This document shows, in pieces, positions 57,401 to 64,000 of a stretch of DNA of 64,000 bases (the stretch's first letter is position 1; every line of letters begins with the position of its first letter). The notes below the pieces were generated by a model. That model had not been told where the DNA came from. It saw nothing but the letters and a program-made list of their open reading frames with translations, and did not search any database. The stretch comes from Macrostomum lignano. Taxonomy: Eukaryota. A program made the position numbers and the translations under genes. The stretch lies in contig NIVC01000103.1 of the NCBI GenBank assembly GCA_002269645.1, forward strand, positions 617,393-681,392. Direction: 5' to 3'.

Positions 57401-60065
57401 GAAGAGACAGGCAGACAGACAGACAGACACGAGAAGAGACAGGCAGACAGACACGAGAAGAGACAGGCAGACAAACACGAGAAGAGAAAGGCAGACAAAC
57501 ACGAGAAGAGACAGACAGACAGACACGAGAAGAGACAGGCAGACAGACACGAGAAGAGACAGGCAGACAAACACGAGAAGAGACAGGCAGACAAACACGA
57601 GAAGAGACAGGCAAACAAACACGAGAAGAGACAGGCAGGCAAACACGAGAAGAGACAGGCAGACAAACACGAGAAGAGACAGGCAGACAAACACGAGAAG
57701 AGACAGGCAGACAGACACGAGAAGAGACAGGCAGGCAAACACGAGAAGAGACAGGCAGACAAACACGAGAAGAGAAAGGCAGACAAACACGAGAAGAGAC
57801 AGACAGACAGACACGAGAAGAGACAGGCAGACAGACACGAGAAGAGACAGGCAGACAAACACGAGAAGAGACAGGCAGACAAACACGAGAAGATACAGGC
57901 AGACAAACACGAGAAGAGACAGGCAGACAAACACGAGAAGAGAAAGGCAGACAAACACGAGAAGAGACAGACAGACAAACACGAGAAGAGACAGGCAGAC
58001 AGACACGAGAAGAGACAGGCAGACAAACACGAGAAGAGACAGGCAGACAGACACGAGAAAAGACAGGCAGGCAAACACGAGAAGAGACAGGCAGACAAAC
58101 ACGAGAAAAGACAGGCAGACAAACACGAGAAGATACAGGCAGACAAACACGAGAAGAGACAGGCAGGCAAACACGAGAAGAGACAGGCAGACAAACACGA
58201 GAAAAGACAGGCAGGCAAACACGAGAAGAGACAGGCAGACAAACACGAGAACAGAAAGGCAGACAAACACGAGAAGAGACAGGCAGACAGACACGAGAAG
58301 AGAAAGGCAGACAGACATGAGAAGAGACAGGCAGACAGACATGAGAAGAGACAGGCAGACAAACATGAGAAGAGACAAGCAGACAGACATGAGAAGAGAC
58401 AGGCATACAAACACGAGAAGAGACAGGCAGACAAACACGAGAAGAGACAGGCAGACAGACACGAAAACAGACACACAGACAAACACGAGAAGAGACAGGC
58501 AGACAAACACGAGAAGAGACACGCGGACAAACACGAGAAGAGACAGGCAGACAAACACGAGAAGAGACAGGCAGACAAACACGAAAACAGACACACAGAC
58601 AAACACGAGAAGAGACAGGCAGACAAACACGAGAAGAGAAAGGCAGACAAACACGAGAAGAGACAGACAGACAGACACGAGAAGAGACAGGCAGACAGAC
58701 ACGAGAAGAGACAGGCAGACAGACAGACAGACACGAGAAGAGACAGGCAGACAGACACGAGAAGAGACAGGCAGACAAACACGAGAAGAGAAAGGCAGAC
58801 AAACACGAGAAGAGACAGACAGACAGACACGAGAAGAGACAGGCAGACAGACACGAGAAGAGACAGGCAGACAAACACGAGAAGAGACAGGCAGACAAAC
58901 ACGAGAAGAGACAGGCAGACAAACACGAGAAGAGACAGGCAGACAAACACGAGAAGAGACAGGCAAACAAACACGAGAAGAGACAGGCAGGCAAACACGA
59001 GAAGAGACAGGCAGACAAACACGAGAAGAGACAGGCAGACAAACACGAGAAGAGACAGGCAGACAGACACGAGAAGAGACAGGCAGGCAAACACGAGAAG
59101 AGACAGGCAGACAAACACGAGAAGAGAAAGGCAGACAAACACGAGAAGAGACAGACAGACAGACACGAGAAGAGACAGGCAGACAGACACGAGAAGAGAC
59201 AGGCAGACAAACACGAGAAGAGACAGGCAGACAAACACGAGAAGATACAGGCAGACAAACACGAGAAGAGACAGGCAGACAAACACGAGAAGAGAAAGGC
59301 AGACAAACACGAGAAGAGACAGACAGACAAACACGAGAAGAGACAGGCAGACAGACACGAGAAGAGACAGGCAGACAAACACGAGAAGAGACAGGCAGAC
59401 AGACACGAGAAAAGACAGGCAGGCAAACACGAGAAGAGACAGGCAGACAAACACGAGAAAAGACAGGCAGACAAACACGAGAAGATACAGGCAGACAAAC
59501 ACGAGAAGAGACAGGCAGGCAAACACGAGAAGAGACAGGCAGACAAACACGAGAAAAGACAGGCAGGCAAACACGAGAAGAGACAGGCAGACAAACACGA
59601 GAACAGAAAGGCAGACAAACACGAGAAGAGACAGGCAGACAGACACGAGAAGAGAAAGGCAGACAAACACGAGAAGAGACAGGCAGACAGACAGACAGAC
59701 ACGAGAAGAGACAGGCAGACAGACACGAGAAGAGACAGGCAGACAAACACGAGAAGAGAAAGGCAGACAAACACGAGAAGAGACAGACAGACAGACACGA
59801 GAAGAGACAGGCAGACAGACACGAGAAGAGACAGGCAGACAAACACGAGAAGAGACAGGCAGACAAACACGAGAAGAGACAGGCAAACAAACACGAGAAG
59901 AGACAGGCAGGCAAACACGAGAAGAGACAGGCAGACAAACACGAGAAGAGACAGGCAGACAAACACGAGAAGAGACAGGCAGACAGACACGAGAAGAGAC
60001 AGGCAGGCAAACACGAGAAGAGACAGGCAGACAAACACGAGAAGAGACAGGTGGAACAATACAGG
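51425..60065. repeat. 8.6-kb 24-bp minisatellite (cagacaaacacgagaagagacagg) with variant-unit blocks
   Basis: Translations are 8-aa repeats (QTNTRRDR, QTREETGR, ADKHEKRQ). The plus strand is almost free of T. Confidence 0.99.
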
Positions 60066-60146
60066 TAGACAGACAGGCTAGCAGACAAACAGCGTAATTG
60101 TTAGATAGGCTCGTATTCTAAAAAAATGAGGTCATAAAAATTCCAG

Positions 60147-63100
60147 ATGAGCACCAGCTCCGCTCCATCTGTCGCCGCCGCCGCTGCAGCCGCCTGGAAA
60201 ACGGCGGATCTTTCCCAGCAGCTGTGCGAGTTTGTCAACCGGTCTCCATCGCCGTTCCACGCTGTAGCCGAGTCTCGGCGAATGCTCGAAGCCGCCGGGT
60301 TCGCCCAACTGCGGGAGGATCAATCCTGGTCTCTGCGGCCGAATCAGAAAGGCTTTGTTACTCGCAATGGGTCAACTATTTTTGCTTTCGCTACTGGCGG
60401 AAAATGGAAGCCGGGCAATGGCTTCAGCATTGTGGGGGCGCACACCGACTCGCCGTGTCTGAGGGTGAGAGGAGGGTGGGGAATGGAGGATAAGGAGGTT
60501 GGGGAGAGGAGGGTGAGGATAGGATGGGGAAAAGAGAGTAAGGAGGGTGAGGAGAGGGTGGGGAAATGAGGGTGAGGAGAGGGTGGGGAAATGAGGGTGA
60601 GGAGAGGGTGGGGAAATGAGGGTGAGGAGAGGTTGGGGAAAGGAGGGTGGGAGAGGGTGGGAAAGGAGGGTGAGGAGAGGGTGGGGAAAGTAGGATGAGG
60701 AGAGGGTGGGGAAAGGAGGGTTAAACTAAACTTTTAGTTTACGATCACAACCTCGTAACCTAGCCGTAAAATGATCATTTTTTTATAAAAAGCTGTAATC
60801 CACTTATCCTTCCCCAACATCTTACTTATAAGTAGTAGCGTTTGATGGTTTATATTGATGTTTATTCATCGTTTTCAAAACCCAGCTAAAGCCCGTGAGT
60901 CTACGCGAGAGCGCCGGCGAACTGCTACAGTGCGGAGTTGAAACCTACGGCGGCGGGCTGTGGTATTCCTGGTTTGACAGGGACCTCACTGTGGCTGGCC
61001 GGGTCATTGTGCGCAGCGGCAGCGGCGGTAGCAGCGACTCCTCTCGGCTGACTGAGCGGCTGGTCAATTTGGAGGCGCCCGTGTTTAAGGTTTGTGTTTT
61101 TGTTTTCATTGGGGGGGGGGGGTTTGTAGTGTCCTTTGTATCTATGAGTGAGTTGTGTGGGTCATTTTGTGTCTATGGGTGGGGTGTGTGGGTCATTTGT
61201 GTCTATGGGTGGGGTTTGTGTGGGTCCTTTGTGTCTATGGGTGGGTTGTATGGGTCATTTGTGTCTATGGGTGAGTTGTGTGGGTCCTTTGTGTCTATTG
61301 GTGGGTTGTGTGGGTCCTTTGTGTCTATGGGTGGGGTGTGTGGGTCCTTTGTGTCTATGGGTGGGTTGTATGGGTCATTTGTGTCTATGGGTGAGTTGTG
61401 TGGGTCCTTTGTGTCTATGGGTGGGTTGTGTGGGTCCTTTGTGTCTATGGGTGGGGTGTGTGGGTCCTTTGTGTCTATGGGTGGGTTGTATGGGTCATTT
61501 GTGTCTATGGGTGAGTTGTGTGGGTCCTTTGTGTCTATTGGTGGGTTGTGTGGGTCCTTTGTGTCTATGGGTGGGTTGTGTGGGTCCTTTGTGTCTATGG
61601 GTGGGGTGTGTGGGTCATTTGTGTCTATGGGTGGGTTGTGTGGGTCATTTGTGTCTATGGGTGAGGTTTGTGGGTCCTTTGTGTCTATTGGTGAGTTGTG
61701 TGGGTCATTTGTGTCTATGGGTGGGTTGTGTGGGTCATTTGTGTCTATGGGTGGGGTTTGTGTGGGTCATTTGTGTCTATGGGTGGGTTGTGTGGGTCAT
61801 TTGTGTCTATGAGTGAGTTGTGTGGTTGTGTCTATGGGTGGGGTTTGTGTGAGTCATTTGTGTCTTTGGGTGGGTTGTATGGGTCATTTGTGTCTATGGG
61901 TGAGGTTTGCAGGTCATTTGTGTCTATGGGTGAGGTTTGTGGGTCTTAAATTGTGTCTATGGGTGAGGTTTGTAAGCCTTATGGTCCGTTTTTTGTCTTT
62001 CACGTAGAATCTTTGATGCATTTCTATGTCTCTAGATTCATTTACATCTCTATAGGTGTGTTTACAGTTTTCTCTAGTCGTTTTCTGTACATGTGCTTTC
62101 AGTATCTTTAGTTAGATTATGGACTTGCAGTGTCTGTAGATGTTCTTGCAGTGTCTAGATGCGTTGGCAGTGTCTGTAGATGTGCTTGCAGTGTCTGTAG
62201 ATGTGCTGGCAGTGTCTGTAGATGTGCTGACAGTGTCTGTAGATGTGCTTGCAGTGTCTGTAGATGTGCTGGCAGTGTCTGTAGATGTGCTGGCAGTGTC
62301 TGTAGATGTGCTGGCAATGTCTATAGATGTTCTCGCCTGTCTGGGTTCAAAGTGCCCGAGTACTCAGCATGCCGTACACAGCCGCCTTTTCGCCCACCCC
62401 AGGTGCCCAGCCTGGCCATCCACCTGAACCGCACAGTGAATGACGAAGGTTTCGCCCCTAACAAAGAGAATCACCTGGCGCCAATCCTGTGCCGGAAGTT
62501 GGCCGCCGACGCGTCAGGCGCCGGGACCGGAAGCGACACCTCGGCGCCGCCTCAGCGCCATCCAGTCGGCCTGTTGGCTCGCATCGCCGAAAAACTGGGC
62601 TGCCAGCCTGCCGACATCCTAGACTGGGATTTGTACCTGGCCGACACCCAGCCGGCCGCTGTGACCGGTCTGAATGGTGATTTTGTCTCATCCCCAAGGC
62701 TGGACAATCTGCTCAGCTGCTACTCGGCACTCACCGCACTGATTGAAGCTCCCGGACTCGAATCCGATCCGAACTGCCGAGTTGTGTGCCTGTACGATCA
62801 CGAGGAGATCGGCAGCGAGTCGGCGCAGGGCGCCGGCAGCGCGCTCACCTTGCACTTTCTCAGACGGCTGAGCCAGGGTGCCGAGTTTGAAACTGCCGTG
62901 CCAAAGTCGCTGCTGGTCTCAGCCGATGTTGCTCACGCTGTGCATCCCAACTATGAGGAGAAGCACGAGCGGAAGCACCGGCCCAGCCTATTTGGCGGTG
63001 TTGTGATCAAGGAGAATGCTAACCAGCGCTACGCCACCAACTGTTTGACCTCCTCGTTGCTGCGGGAATGCCTGCGACTGTCTGACCCGGCTGCTCAGCT

Positions 63101-63323
63101 GCAGGACTTTGTCATCCGGCAGGACATGGCCTGCGGCTCCACTATCGGGCCGATTCTAGCCGCTAAAGTTGGCCTGCCAACTATTGATGTTGGTTCGCCA
63201 ATATTCGGCATGCACAGCATCCGGGAGACTGGAGCGGCTGCTGCCCCTGGCCAGGGTGTGCAACTGTTCTCCGCCTTTTTCAAGCACTTCCCAGCTCTGC
63301 GGGAGGCTATGGAGACTCAGTGA
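60147..63323 (+). CDS. DNPEP: Aspartyl aminopeptidase (peptidase family M18), 480 aa; exons 60147-60464, 60886-61089, 62403-63323
   Basis: Motifs [75 protein letters not shown] and MHSIRE. Both introns are GT-AG phase 0; total 1443 nt. Confidence 0.95.
60545..60720. repeat. Intronic ~25-bp purine minisatellite (gagggtgaggagagggtggggaaat)
   Basis: Visible tandem units in DNPEP intron 1. Confidence 0.9.
61135..61975. repeat. Intronic 30-bp minisatellite (gtgtctatgggtgggttgtgtgggtccttt)
   Basis: Units align at 30-nt steps in DNPEP intron 2. Confidence 0.95.
62125..62330. repeat. Intronic 21-bp minisatellite (gcagtgtctgtagatgtgctg)
   Basis: A 7-aa repeat (CAGSVCR) appears in the ORF translation upstream of the true exon 3. 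Confidence 0.93.
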
Positions 63324-63418
63324 AGGTTGCGTGGGCGATGACCAGATGCAAACTGAAAATTAAACTTGCGAATCATTTAATTATAATTGATTAGTAATAC
63401 TACTAGTATAGTACTATA

Positions 63419-63507
63419 TAGGGCTTGGCAAACTATTTTATCTGGCTCATGGCTACAAGTTAGATGAGAGCTAAGAAAGTAGTGGGCCGTGAGTTTGCCA
63501 ACCTCTG
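63419..63507. mobile_element. Possible tiny hAT-like MITE remnant
   Basis: tagggcttggcaaact ... agtttgccaacctctg is an imperfect 16-bp TIR resembling hAT CAGGGGT(T/C)GGCAAACT ends. No convincing 8-bp TSD. Confidence 0.35.
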
Positions 63508-64000
63508 GCCTATTTCAAATAGCTTTTGACCATAGACTAAACTTACAAGACACGGTCAACCATATTCAACTCGTACTTGGACGATTGTCTATGGCCAAAA
63601 CCGTGTATTTAGAGAGCGTCAATGAATTGAGATTTTGTATCTTGTGAGGATCTGTTTTTTTCAACCATAGGCGGTGTTTTGACCATAGACAAAAGTAGAA
63701 GCATCGGTTGAATAAAATGAAAATTGCTACCGGTTGCTATAATATAATGTTAATCAAGTGAGTTGTTCTCTTGTGTTAAATTGTTTCACAATTGATTTGA
63801 AATATCAATAATAATAAAAACGATGTTTGATTCACAATTTTTCTCTCGTTCTGCCTGTTGAACAACTTTTCAAAACGGTTTCGATTTGTTATTCTTACGG
63901 AAAAAATCGACGAATAAAGAAATTAAAACTGCTTTGTTTGCTTATAGAAATTGTTGATTTTTTGCTATAAAAATCTTTACTTTCTACTTGCACTAGTAGG

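Noticed and set aside
51366-60088. 2400-2900-aa ORFs on both strands
   Set aside because: They are translations of a 24-bp minisatellite lacking stop codons, with 8-aa periodicity in every frame and no domain content.
60895-62400. 305-aa, 222-aa and 5' part of 397-aa ORFs in the DNPEP region
   Set aside because: Read-through of true exons into intronic minisatellites; the canonical splice sites give the conserved M18 sequence.
63525-63690. gtctatggccaaaac / gttttgaccatagac inverted pair
   Set aside because: Short, imperfect and without TSD; possibly a MITE remnant, but too weak to call.

Overview
Repeat-dominated animal genomic DNA with AT-rich intergenic sequence, GC-rich exons, GT-AG introns and minisatellite-filled introns. 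The style suggests a free-living flatworm such as Macrostomum, which is inference only. The main discovery is a three-gene cassette on the minus strand at 16.6-22.7 kb. It holds (1) an apparently intact, spliced 808-aa KDZ (Kyakuja-Dileera-Zisupton) transposase, (2) a spliced 300-aa protein that fuses two atypical C2H2 fingers to a complete PR-Set7/SETD8 (KMT5A)-type SET domain, and (3) a paralogous two-finger protein without SET but with a CXC-like Cys cluster. The SET exon is absent from the ORF track because it lies behind a 96-nt intron. All three genes are followed by copies of the same 3' trailer, and the SET gene sits between ~580-bp direct repeats of the transposase 3' end. The cassette lies in a ~38.76-kb unit whose first 7.5 kb (1-7500) recur at 38759-46490, just before an N gap; this is the signature of a tandem array, a circle or an assembly overlap. 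The unit also contains a 7.6-kb palindrome built on opposed 387-bp arrays, LINE RT fragments, a 139/158-bp satellite, MITEs and an orphan two-exon gene. After the gap come a partial copy of 25270-31393, a pipsqueak-type HTH gene, an 8.6-kb 24-bp minisatellite and a three-exon aspartyl aminopeptidase (DNPEP). Most long ORFs in the track are artefacts of stop-free repeats.
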